Shown: positions 19,751 to 27,578 of the stretch, one piece after another
Numbering within the stretch: the stretch's first letter is position 1
How the letters are laid out: each line of letters opens with the position of its first letter
DNA from: an uncultured archaeon
Lineage (GTDB): Archaea; Aenigmatarchaeota; Aenigmatarchaeia; PWEA01; JAGHBM01
Direction: 5' to 3'
NCBI GenBank assembly: GCA_964584335.1
Contig: CAZOZN010000003.1
Location: 1-54,828 of the forward strand
Length of the DNA: 54,828 nt
Translations under genes and position numbers: made by a program
The notes under the pieces: generated by a model
What the model was told of the DNA's origin: nothing
Database searches by the model: none
Seen by the model: only the letters and a program-made list of their open reading frames with translations

Positions 19751-20176
19751 TTACCTGTTTGGTTTTTGTTTCCTTCCTGATATCAATTCAGAGAGAGCGA
19801 TTCCGTTTACCTTTACTACTTTCCATTTTACTCCCCACATGCTTCCTTTTGATCCTCCCTGAGAACCTCCAACACCTTCTATCAAAACTTCGTCGTGCTC
19901 GTCTATTTGCTGTATTCCTCCTGTATTAGGTACGAATACTGTAATCTGTTTTCCATTTTTTATCAATTGAACACGCACACATTTTATTAATCCTGAACTT
20001 GGCTGTTTTTGTTCTATTTGCCTTTTTTCAAGAACAATACCTCTTGCTTGAGGAGCTCCTTCTAAAGGGTCTTTCTTTTTCTTTAGACCCAGAGTTCTGT
20101 TTTTGTATGTGGTCTTCTTCCATTTCATCTTCTTTCTTTTTTTCTTTAAAGTTCTTGCAGAATACATTCCACCCAT
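19751..20176 (-). CDS. rps12: 30S ribosomal protein uS12 (divergent)
   Basis: [35 protein letters not shown]; start moved to MGGMYSAR. Confidence 0.95.
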   Translation of the reverse strand: MGGMYSARTLKKKRKKMKWKKTTYKNRTLGLKKKKDPLEGAPQARGIVLEKRQIEQKQPSSGLIKCVRVQLIKNGKQITVFVPNTGGIQQIDEHDEVLIEGVGGSQGGSKGSMWGVKWKVVKVNGIALSELISGRKQKPNR

Positions 20177-20177
20177 T

Positions 20178-20336
20178 TTAAGGACCCCTGAATTCGCATT
20201 TTTCACAAGTATAAGGAATCTTCCTTACTCTACAGTTTTCACATCTTACTATTTCAACTTTATTGCAAGCGGGACAGTTAAATTTGGTAAACCTTTCTTC
20301 GCTTACAAGATTCGTCCCACAAGTACTGCACTTCAT
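20178..20336 (-). CDS. Zn-ribbon protein, DUF1610/HVO_2753-like (52 aa; below ORF-track cutoff)
   Basis: MKCSTCG...FNCPAC...IVRCENCR...[11 protein letters not shown]; four CxxC; AGGTG SD. Confidence 0.9.
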   Translation of the reverse strand: MKCSTCGTNLVSEERFTKFNCPACNKVEIVRCENCRVRKIPYTCEKCEFRGP

Positions 20337-20409
20337 TATTTACACCTTTTAGACTTTTAATTAATACCTATATATATTTAAGTTTAATAAATGCGTTAAT
20401 TAATCAAAT

Positions 20410-20531
20410 GCCCCTGTGGTCTAGTGGATAGGACGTGAGGTTGCGGATTAAAAAGCGAAAACCTCGAGATCCCGCGTTCGAAAGAATTTTTGTTTCTTTT
20501 AAAATTTCATAAAATCGCGGCAGGGGCGCCA
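20410..20531 (+). tRNA. tRNA-Arg(GCG), 2 introns (37/38, 14 nt, 20447-20460; T-loop, ~32 nt), encoded CCA
   Basis: GCCCCTG/CAGGGGC acceptor, TGAGG/CCTCG anticodon stem, BHB TTGC/GCGA, CCGCG/CGCGG T stem. Confidence 0.9.
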
Positions 20532-20534
20532 AAA

Positions 20535-20849
20535 TTAAATAATTATGCCTATTGCTATTAGAGATACCCCTATTATAAAGCTAAACAAGTAGCCTGCTAT
20601 TATTCTGGGTATTAACTTTTTTAGTCTTTTTTTGTTCTTCATTTTTTCTTCAAATGCTTTTGCCGGAGGAAATATAATCTTTACGAAATTGTCTATTGGC
20701 GATATCAATTTTTCCGGTAGTAACAATCCTATCGATAGGGCGACCGCTATTTGTATACCCCAATCAGGAAAAACAGGTATTCCGATGAGAAGGCCGACTG
20801 TTATTAAAGTTGATTTTAAAGTTTCAATCAACATAAATATATATAGCAT
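20535..20849 (-). CDS. Hypothetical membrane protein
   Basis: 104 aa, hydrophobic segments; fills gap between tRNA and carS. Confidence 0.6.
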   Translation of the reverse strand: MLYIFMLIETLKSTLITVGLLIGIPVFPDWGIQIAVALSIGLLLPEKLISPIDNFVKIIFPPAKAFEEKMKNKKRLKKLIPRIIAGYLFSFIIGVSLIAIGIII

Positions 20850-20867
20850 TCATTTTAAAAAGATTTT

Positions 20868-21407
20868 ATGGATATTCTTTTTGAGCTTATATTAGGTTTT
20901 TGGGTAATAATACCTGCTTACACTGCGAATTGTTTTGCTCCTATAGCAAAGGGGAAAAAGAGAATTGACTTCGGAAAAAAGTTTATTGACGGCAATCATT
21001 TGCTTGGCAAGGGAAAGACTTGGGAAGGCTTGGCTTTTGCTGTTTTTATGGGAACACTTGTAGGCATGGTTCAAATAGCTCTCTATCCTTATATTAACCC
21101 CATTGCTCTTAAGGAGGGTTTTTCTTTATATGAACTTTCTTTTGCCTCGGTTTTTTTTGTGTCTCTTGGTGCGATGTTTGGTGACATGGCAGGTTCTTTC
21201 ATTAAGAGAAGAATCGACATGAAAAGAGGGCAGCCCGCACCGCTTTTGGACCAGCTTGATTTTGTATTTGGTGCCTTTTTCTTTGCATCCTTTTTCATAG
21301 AATTGACTGCAGTTTCTGTGCTCTTGTTCGTATTTATAACTCCTATAATACACGTTATAGCTTGCATAATTGGGAACAGGATTGGCGTGAAAGAGGTCCC
21401 GTGGTAA
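20868..21407 (+). CDS. carS: CDP-archaeol synthase
   Basis: PAYTAN, IDFGK..DG..LLGKGKTWEG, GDMAGSFIKRR, APLLDQLDF, KEVPW. Confidence 0.93.
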   Translation: MDILFELILGFWVIIPAYTANCFAPIAKGKKRIDFGKKFIDGNHLLGKGKTWEGLAFAVFMGTLVGMVQIALYPYINPIALKEGFSLYELSFASVFFVSLGAMFGDMAGSFIKRRIDMKRGQPAPLLDQLDFVFGAFFFASFFIELTAVSVLLFVFITPIIHVIACIIGNRIGVKEVPW

Positions 21408-21408
21408 A

Positions 21409-22089
21409 ATGAGAATTGATTTTCATTCACATTCTTTATACTCTAAGCACCCAATTTTGAAGAACGAGGCTTTTGGAACACCGAAACAGATGATTGATAT
21501 TGCAATTAAAAACGGATTAAACGGCTTGGCGATAACCGACCACGATTCTATAAAAGGCTCTATCAAGGGCTTGGAATACAGCAAAAAGATTAAGGATTTT
21601 TTGTTTGTTACCGGAGTTGAAGTAAGCTCGTCCGAAGGGCACATACTTGCTTTAGGTATAGAAGAGAACGTGAAAAAGAATCTGGGCGTCCGGGAAACTA
21701 TAGATAAAATACACGAATTGGGAGGCATTGCAATAGCAGCACATCCTTATGCCGGATGGCCAAGAACATCTTCTCTCAAAGACAATATAAAGAAATACAA
21801 ATTCGATGCAATAGAAGTTCTTAACGGAGGCACAAGAGTTAATGCAAACAGAAAAGCTTACAGGGTTGCAATGGATTTGAATTTGCCAATTACTGCCGGT
21901 TCGGATTCCCACTACTTCAGGGATTTGGGAAGTATATATAATATAGTGGATTGTGATTATTCTTTAGATTCTTTGTTTAAGTCGATAAGAAAAAATGAAT
22001 TGGTTTTAAAAGGAAGACCCTTCGGTTTCTACAGCAACGCAAGACTGGTAACCAGAAAATTTTTGAGGACTATAACCAGCAGATTGTAA
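21409..22089 (+). CDS. PHP-domain metal-dependent phosphoesterase
   Basis: DFHSHS, AITDHD, GVEVS..GHIL, AHP, GSDSH. Confidence 0.9.
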   Translation: MRIDFHSHSLYSKHPILKNEAFGTPKQMIDIAIKNGLNGLAITDHDSIKGSIKGLEYSKKIKDFLFVTGVEVSSSEGHILALGIEENVKKNLGVRETIDKIHELGGIAIAAHPYAGWPRTSSLKDNIKKYKFDAIEVLNGGTRVNANRKAYRVAMDLNLPITAGSDSHYFRDLGSIYNIVDCDYSLDSLFKSIRKNELVLKGRPFGFYSNARLVTRKFLRTITSRL

Positions 22090-22090
22090 A

Positions 22091-22642
22091 TTAATTTTTT
22101 ACAAGTTCTTTTATCGGCTCCTTGTTTTTGAATATAAAATTTAGCAATGCGACAATTGTTATTATCACAACAATTATCAAAAGAACATTAAGCAAAAGCA
22201 AAAATTCCTGCTGATAAGCTGTTTGGTAAGAAAGGTATATTATTGACAGAAATATTACCAGAGACTGTAATGCAAATTTTGTCTTTCCTCCAATGTTTGC
22301 CCCCACTATTTTTTCCTTTCCGGAAAGGCAGGACCTGAGACCGTTCATTATAAATTCTCTTGCCAATATTATGAACACCATCCACAAGGGGAATAGTTCA
22401 AGGAAAGACAAAAGAGTTAGGCATGTCAACACAAGAATCTTGTCTGAAAGCGGGTCGAGAAAATTACCAAGTCTTGACCTCATATTTTTTTTGACAGCAA
22501 ACCACCCGTCTAAATAATCAGAGGCTACTGCTATTACAAAAAGAACCAGGGCGTAAATCCTAAAACTCTCAAAGTAAATAAAGACAAGAATAAACGGCGT
22601 AAGAAACATTCTCAATAGCGTAAGTTTATTCGGGAGATTCAT
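22091..22642 (-). CDS. pgsA: CDP-alcohol phosphatidyltransferase, PgsA-like
   Basis: MNLPNKLTLLR; DYLDGWFA...GNFLDPLSDK; AREFIMNGLR; GKTK. Confidence 0.85.
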   Translation of the reverse strand: MNLPNKLTLLRMFLTPFILVFIYFESFRIYALVLFVIAVASDYLDGWFAVKKNMRSRLGNFLDPLSDKILVLTCLTLLSFLELFPLWMVFIILAREFIMNGLRSCLSGKEKIVGANIGGKTKFALQSLVIFLSIIYLSYQTAYQQEFLLLLNVLLIIVVIITIVALLNFIFKNKEPIKELVKN

Positions 22643-23864
22643 ATCTTTCATCTAAATATTTTTGAGTTCTGCTTTTTATCTTTTTGTCAACTTCCAGTAT
22701 TTCATCTAAATCAGGATTCTTTATTGGGTTATGATTATCCAGGGTGTATTTTATTGCATCTTCTATATCTTTTATATATTTCACGGTTTCGTCATCCCTG
22801 TCTATGAAACGGCCAACCACTACTTCGTTTGCTGCATTTATCGCAGCTGGCATACTGCCCCCTATTTTTAGAGAGTCTATACCATACTTGAAGCACGGGA
22901 ACCTTTTTGTATCAGGCTCTCCTCCCATTATCAAGTCATCGTCCATTTCAAGAAGTTTAACCCCTTTCGTTTTTTTATCCTTAAAATTAAATCTGACTGT
23001 TTCCGGGTAAGTCAGTGCATAGTGAATATGATAGCTCGTGTCTGATGGACATACTTCTAGTGTGTTTGCCCCGTCTATCGTTCTTACTCCGGAAGATATG
23101 TATGAACCCGGATGAACAAGAACTTCACATTTTTCTAGAGGCACGTCAAAATAATAAGCTCCCTGTATAACCTCGTGCGCTTTATTCATCAGTGTTGCGG
23201 AATTTGTTGTTATCTGGGGTCTCATTTTAAATGTCGGATGATTTAATGCCTTATCTAAGGTAGCGTTTTCTATTTCTTCTCTAGTCATGTTTTTTAGGGC
23301 TCCGCCAGAGCATGTTGTTATTAATGCATCGAGAACTTGCGGTATTTCCTCTTTTTTATAAGGCCTTAGGCACCTGTGCTGTGCAGCTGGCTCATCATCT
23401 TCCATTCTTATTTTTACTCCAGACGGGTCTTCGTAATCTGGTATATGTTTTCTCGCCATGTCCATTATAATTGGTCCCGCAGAGACAAGTGTCTCTTTGT
23501 TTGCTAGATATATAGTCTTGCCTTTTTTTATCGCTTCTGCCGTAGGTTCTATACCTGATGTTCCGTATAATGTGTTTACAAACCCTTCGTATGAATCACT
23601 TTTTATAAGGTCCATTAGACCTTTCTTGCCCGAGTAAACAGGCACATCAACTTTTCTTGAAAGCTTTTCCGCTTTTTCTGAATCAAAAACTGATACTGCA
23701 CCGGGGCTGTAGTTTTTTATCTGTTTCTCCATTTCTTCTATGTTGCTATAACAACCAAGCCAGGAGACTTCTATATCGTATCCGTTTTTCTTTAAGTCTT
23801 TTATAACTCTGAGGTTGTGTTGCCCCATTCCTCCTGTAGAACCTGCTATTCCTAATCTTTTCAT
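22626..23864 (-). CDS. dxr: 1-deoxy-D-xylulose-5-phosphate reductoisomerase-like protein (divergent active site)
   Basis: GSTGGMG, LANKETLV, SGG, ALNHP, SATLMNK..E, RFPC, NAANEV; start at MKRLG. Confidence 0.85.
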   Translation of the reverse strand: MKRLGIAGSTGGMGQHNLRVIKDLKKNGYDIEVSWLGCYSNIEEMEKQIKNYSPGAVSVFDSEKAEKLSRKVDVPVYSGKKGLMDLIKSDSYEGFVNTLYGTSGIEPTAEAIKKGKTIYLANKETLVSAGPIIMDMARKHIPDYEDPSGVKIRMEDDEPAAQHRCLRPYKKEEIPQVLDALITTCSGGALKNMTREEIENATLDKALNHPTFKMRPQITTNSATLMNKAHEVIQGAYYFDVPLEKCEVLVHPGSYISSGVRTIDGANTLEVCPSDTSYHIHYALTYPETVRFNFKDKKTKGVKLLEMDDDLIMGGEPDTKRFPCFKYGIDSLKIGGSMPAAINAANEVVVGRFIDRDDETVKYIKDIEDAIKYTLDNHNPIKNPDLDEILEVDKKIKSRTQKYLDERYESPE

Positions 23865-23894
23865 AGACAAGTTTTGTAGAAGAAAGTATTTATA

Positions 23895-23912
23895 TTTTAC
23901 TATACTGTAAAA
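23895..23912. promoter_or_regulatory. Palindrome between divergent dxr-like and padR genes; candidate PadR operator
   Basis: TTTTAC-tatact-GTAAAA. Confidence 0.35.
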
Positions 23913-23966
23913 CGTTTTTCTCAATTTTTATACAAAAAACCTAATAATTAATACAGGCGAATTAAA

Positions 23967-24269
23967 ATGCAGAGACCAACTGATAGGCTAAAAAGAAAAG
24001 TTGAGAAAGAAAACTTGTGGATTTTTATTTTAAGCTCATTGAGAAAGGGTAAAAAATGCGGCAAAGAGATAAAAAATAGTGTCGAGGAAAAATTCGGTTT
24101 TTTGACAGGAAACGTGACTGCCTACAAAGTTCTGTATCTCTTGGATTCGGAGGGCTATGTTAAGTCCGAGAAAACAGGCAAGATGGTTTACTACGAGATT
24201 ACAAAAAAAGGAGAGAGAGAATTTTCTGAGGGAATGAAATATCTAAAAAGAATGTCCAGTATCCTTTAG
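23967..24269 (+). CDS. PadR-family transcriptional regulator
   Basis: ILSSL...YKVLYLLDSEGYV...YYEITKKG. Confidence 0.85.
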   Translation: MQRPTDRLKRKVEKENLWIFILSSLRKGKKCGKEIKNSVEEKFGFLTGNVTAYKVLYLLDSEGYVKSEKTGKMVYYEITKKGEREFSEGMKYLKRMSSIL

Positions 24270-25121
24270 CCTCTCTATAGAAAAGACAAGTATTATTCCC
24301 GCCAGCAGTGAAAAAAAAGCTCCCGCCAAGGTCAAAAAACTCCAGAAGTTCTGGGGTACTGCTATTATGTTTTTAAGGGGCAAGCCCAAGCCTCCAATCA
24401 TAAGCCCTATTAAAAATGAGAATGTCTTTTGTTCATGTTTCTTTATAAAATATGAAATTACTTTGGATATGAAAGAACCCCCGACAATCATCGCAAAAAT
24501 AAATGTTGCTATTACCGGAATGTTTATATTTTTCAACGCAGATAACATGAATTCATATTGTCCAAGAAGAAGAAGCACAAATGAACCGGAGATGCCAGGC
24601 AGCAACATTGCACAGGCACCTGCGAAACCGGATACGAAAATAAAGGGCAGTGTGTGGCTTGCACCCAGTCCTTCAAGGCTTACTATAAGGAGAGAAATTG
24701 AAAATCCCAAAAACCCTGCCACAAACAGGGACTTCCTAAAGAACTTTATTTTTTTCCCTATCATGATAGCTGATGCAAGTATCAATCCAAAAAAGAAAGA
24801 AAAAATGTATGCGGGATAGTTTTGAATGCCAGTCAAAATAAATCTTGATATAGTCATAAATGAAACAACTACCCCGGTAACAAGGATAATGAAAAACTTC
24901 AAGTCCGCCTTTTTTATCGAGTTCTTGAACTCTTTTCTGTACTCTTTTTTAAAGAAAGATTTTATCAGAAGAATTATAGACAGTATAATATTGTTTATAG
25001 ACAAAATAAGCCTTTCATATATTCCTGTTATAAGAGCTATAGTGCCTCCTGAGACACCGGGCACTATGTCGGCTGCTCCCATGAATATTCCTTTAAGAAA
25101 CACCTTAAACTCTTTTTTCAT
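24243..25121 (-). CDS. DUF368 membrane protein (putative polyprenyl-phosphate translocase family)
   Basis: MGAADIVPGVSGGTIALITGIY; AMLLPGISGSFVLLLLGQY. Confidence 0.9.
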   Translation of the reverse strand: MKKEFKVFLKGIFMGAADIVPGVSGGTIALITGIYERLILSINNIILSIILLIKSFFKKEYRKEFKNSIKKADLKFFIILVTGVVVSFMTISRFILTGIQNYPAYIFSFFFGLILASAIMIGKKIKFFRKSLFVAGFLGFSISLLIVSLEGLGASHTLPFIFVSGFAGACAMLLPGISGSFVLLLLGQYEFMLSALKNINIPVIATFIFAMIVGGSFISKVISYFIKKHEQKTFSFLIGLMIGGLGLPLKNIIAVPQNFWSFLTLAGAFFSLLAGIILVFSIERLKDTGHSF

Positions 25122-25170
25122 AAGATAACTTCTTCTTAAATATTTATTAACCTTTAGACAAGGGTTAAAT

Positions 25171-25842
25171 ATGAAAGAAAAATTAATAAACGTGCTATCA
25201 ATTGTAATTTTGTCACTCGGATTTTTTTCTATAATTCTTTCTATGGAAGGTCTTTTTTTATATTCTGCCTATTTTATTATGGCAGCCGCCATTTTGGATT
25301 TTTTTATAAGCACCTCAAAGAGAATTGTGAAAGTGGATGATGTTTTTGGAAAAGACCTTGATAATATTTCTGATATGATTTCATTTGCCCTGGCACCCGG
25401 AATATTTGCTTTCTTGATTTTTTTCAATGAGCTAACATATCCTTACAATTATGTTTTCCTTGTTTTTCCTTTCTCTCTTCTGGTTTCCGGGGCAATAAGG
25501 ACCGCAAGGATAAACTCAGGAAGAATAACCACCATGAACGGAATGAAGACTACTTTCAATTTTCTAATTCCTCTATTTTTTGTTTTTGATGTCTTCAATG
25601 TTTTCCTTGTTTCAGGTTGGTTTATAGTTTCTCAATTTCTAATGCTAAACAAGTTCAGGATAGGTCTCCCTCTGAAGAAAAAGAAAAAAAGCAGCGATAT
25701 AAACCTGAAGGAGATAAAGAGCCAGTACACAGTTGATGATGTTGATAAAGAAGATTATGCGACTTTGAAGTCTTCAAAGAAAAAAGAAGAAAAAAAGGAT
25801 GACGATGCGCCCCTCGTTCCCTTAAACATGTTCGGTGATTGA
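25171..25842 (+). CDS. CDP-alcohol phosphatidyltransferase-like (PssA/archaetidylserine synthase family), degenerate motif
   Basis: FGKDLDNISDMISFALAP, IRTARIN; first DG of the signature missing. Confidence 0.7.
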   Translation: MKEKLINVLSIVILSLGFFSIILSMEGLFLYSAYFIMAAAILDFFISTSKRIVKVDDVFGKDLDNISDMISFALAPGIFAFLIFFNELTYPYNYVFLVFPFSLLVSGAIRTARINSGRITTMNGMKTTFNFLIPLFFVFDVFNVFLVSGWFIVSQFLMLNKFRIGLPLKKKKKSSDINLKEIKSQYTVDDVDKEDYATLKSSKKKEEKKDDDAPLVPLNMFGD

Positions 25843-26635
25843 AATGAGTTTTTTGGATAAATATTTTTTGGAGCCAATGGGTCATTATTATACAGTGCCC
25901 AATACAATAGTCTATTCCATAGTTTTTGTTTTGTTTGTCTATTTTGTTTACAAGTATTTCATAAAGAAAACAAAAATAAAAGTTGACAAAGGATTCATGC
26001 TGGCTGTAGTTCCCTATATATTTTTGGGCGGAATTATGAGGTCTCTTGAGGATTCTGAATTTTACAGGGGGGTTTTCTTTGTCTCTCCGGGAATTTATAT
26101 AACTATTTTGTTTATCACAGTCTTTTCCATTTTATTGTCTATTTTGATGGAAAAGTACACGGGAAAAGACTATAAAAGGTATATGATTGCAATAGGTTCT
26201 GCCTTGTGTGTTTTCCATTTTTACCAGGTCTTGGAATTCGGAATAAAAAATTGGAACGGCGTTCTCATGGTCTTTATACTTGTCTTAATATGGTCAATAG
26301 TTTTCGGACTAGTACATCTGAAATTCCCGAAATATCTTTCAAAGGTAAATTATCCCATATTAGTTTCGCACCTTTTTGACGGCAGCGCCACTTTCGTTGC
26401 TCTTTCTTTTTTCGGTTACGGAGAGCAGCACGTTTTACCAAGGTTATTGATAAACTTTTCAGGTCCTTGGATTATGTTTCCTCTCAAAATAATCGTAGTA
26501 TGGCCAATTCTTTACATAATAGACAAGGAAGTGGATGATGAGCAATTCAAGACCTGGCTTAAGATAGCAGTTCTCATACTCGGGCTTGCTCTCGGTCTAA
26601 GGGATGTTCTGAAACTCGGAATGGGTGTTGCATGA
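25835..26635 (+). CDS. DUF63 archaeal membrane protein
   Basis: YTVPNTIVY, GGIMRSLED, HLFDGSAT, YGEQHVL, LGLALGLRD. Confidence 0.85.
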   Translation: MIEMSFLDKYFLEPMGHYYTVPNTIVYSIVFVLFVYFVYKYFIKKTKIKVDKGFMLAVVPYIFLGGIMRSLEDSEFYRGVFFVSPGIYITILFITVFSILLSILMEKYTGKDYKRYMIAIGSALCVFHFYQVLEFGIKNWNGVLMVFILVLIWSIVFGLVHLKFPKYLSKVNYPILVSHLFDGSATFVALSFFGYGEQHVLPRLLINFSGPWIMFPLKIIVVWPILYIIDKEVDDEQFKTWLKIAVLILGLALGLRDVLKLGMGVA

Positions 26636-26973
26636 TGTACAAGCAGGCCATAGTTGTCAGAAAGGATTTGAAAATGACTAAGGGAAAGACGGCTGCACAG
26701 GTTGCTCATGCTTCACTGGGTGCTTTAAAAAATTCTGGTAAGGATGTTGCCGAAGAATGGGAAAAAGAAGGCGCAAAGAAAGTAGTTCTTAAGGTTGAAA
26801 ATCTAAAAGAACTTCTTGAACTAAAGGAAGAGGCAAAACCACTTCCTACAAAACTAGTAAAAGATGCGGGCATGACGGAACTCCCGCCAGGGACAATAAC
26901 CTGCTTGGGTATAGGTCCGGCAAAAGAAGAGGAAATAGACAAAGTAACTAGCTCTCTAAAATTATTGGGTTAA
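26632..26973 (+). CDS. pth2: Peptidyl-tRNA hydrolase Pth2
   Basis: KQAIVVRKDLKMTKGKTAAQVAHA, DAGMTE, GIGP. Confidence 0.96.
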   Translation: MMYKQAIVVRKDLKMTKGKTAAQVAHASLGALKNSGKDVAEEWEKEGAKKVVLKVENLKELLELKEEAKPLPTKLVKDAGMTELPPGTITCLGIGPAKEEEIDKVTSSLKLLG

Positions 26974-27206
26974 TCTGCGACCGCTATTGTCGTGTTTATC
27001 CATCCGTTTTCTGTGTAGCACATACACGAACACTTTGCTTCAACAGAAAGATTCCTGTAGTCTTCCGGCACGTAATCAGTTCTGACGCACTCGCAGTTTA
27101 TGTTCTTTTTTTGCATCTCGTATTCCAGTTCTTCGCACAAATCCTTTTCGAAACACCCCGATGCGACTAAGACAAGTATTAATAAAATCAAAAATATTTT
27201 TTTCAT
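26970..27206 (-). CDS. Small Cys-rich putative lipoprotein
   Basis: MKK + hydrophobic stretch + VASGC lipobox; further Cys residues. Confidence 0.65.
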   Translation of the reverse strand: MKKIFLILLILVLVASGCFEKDLCEELEYEMQKKNINCECVRTDYVPEDYRNLSVEAKCSCMCYTENGWINTTIAVAD

Positions 27207-27578
27207 ACATTTCAATATGATTAAACTTATTAAAATCTTTTCATATCTAAACTAAAATTCATAAAATACCGGCTTTTTTAATCAAAAAAATAAAAAGCGC
27301 TAAAAATGCTTATTTTTTTATAAAAACGTTTTAAAATTCTTTTGGAACAATTAAATACCCTTTTATACGGGTTAAAATAAAAAAATAAGAGTTTTCCTTT
27401 CTTTAAAAGAGACCGTGAAACTGTTTCAGGTAATTTATATATAGGTACCTTTCACATCTTATATCAACAACTCAAGGCTGTTTCAAGAAAATTGGTCTTG
27501 GAGAATAATAAGCTCCCTTACCGAGTTTTTTGGAATCCCTTGAGAATAAAACAAAAAATTTTAAAGGAGGAAATATAT

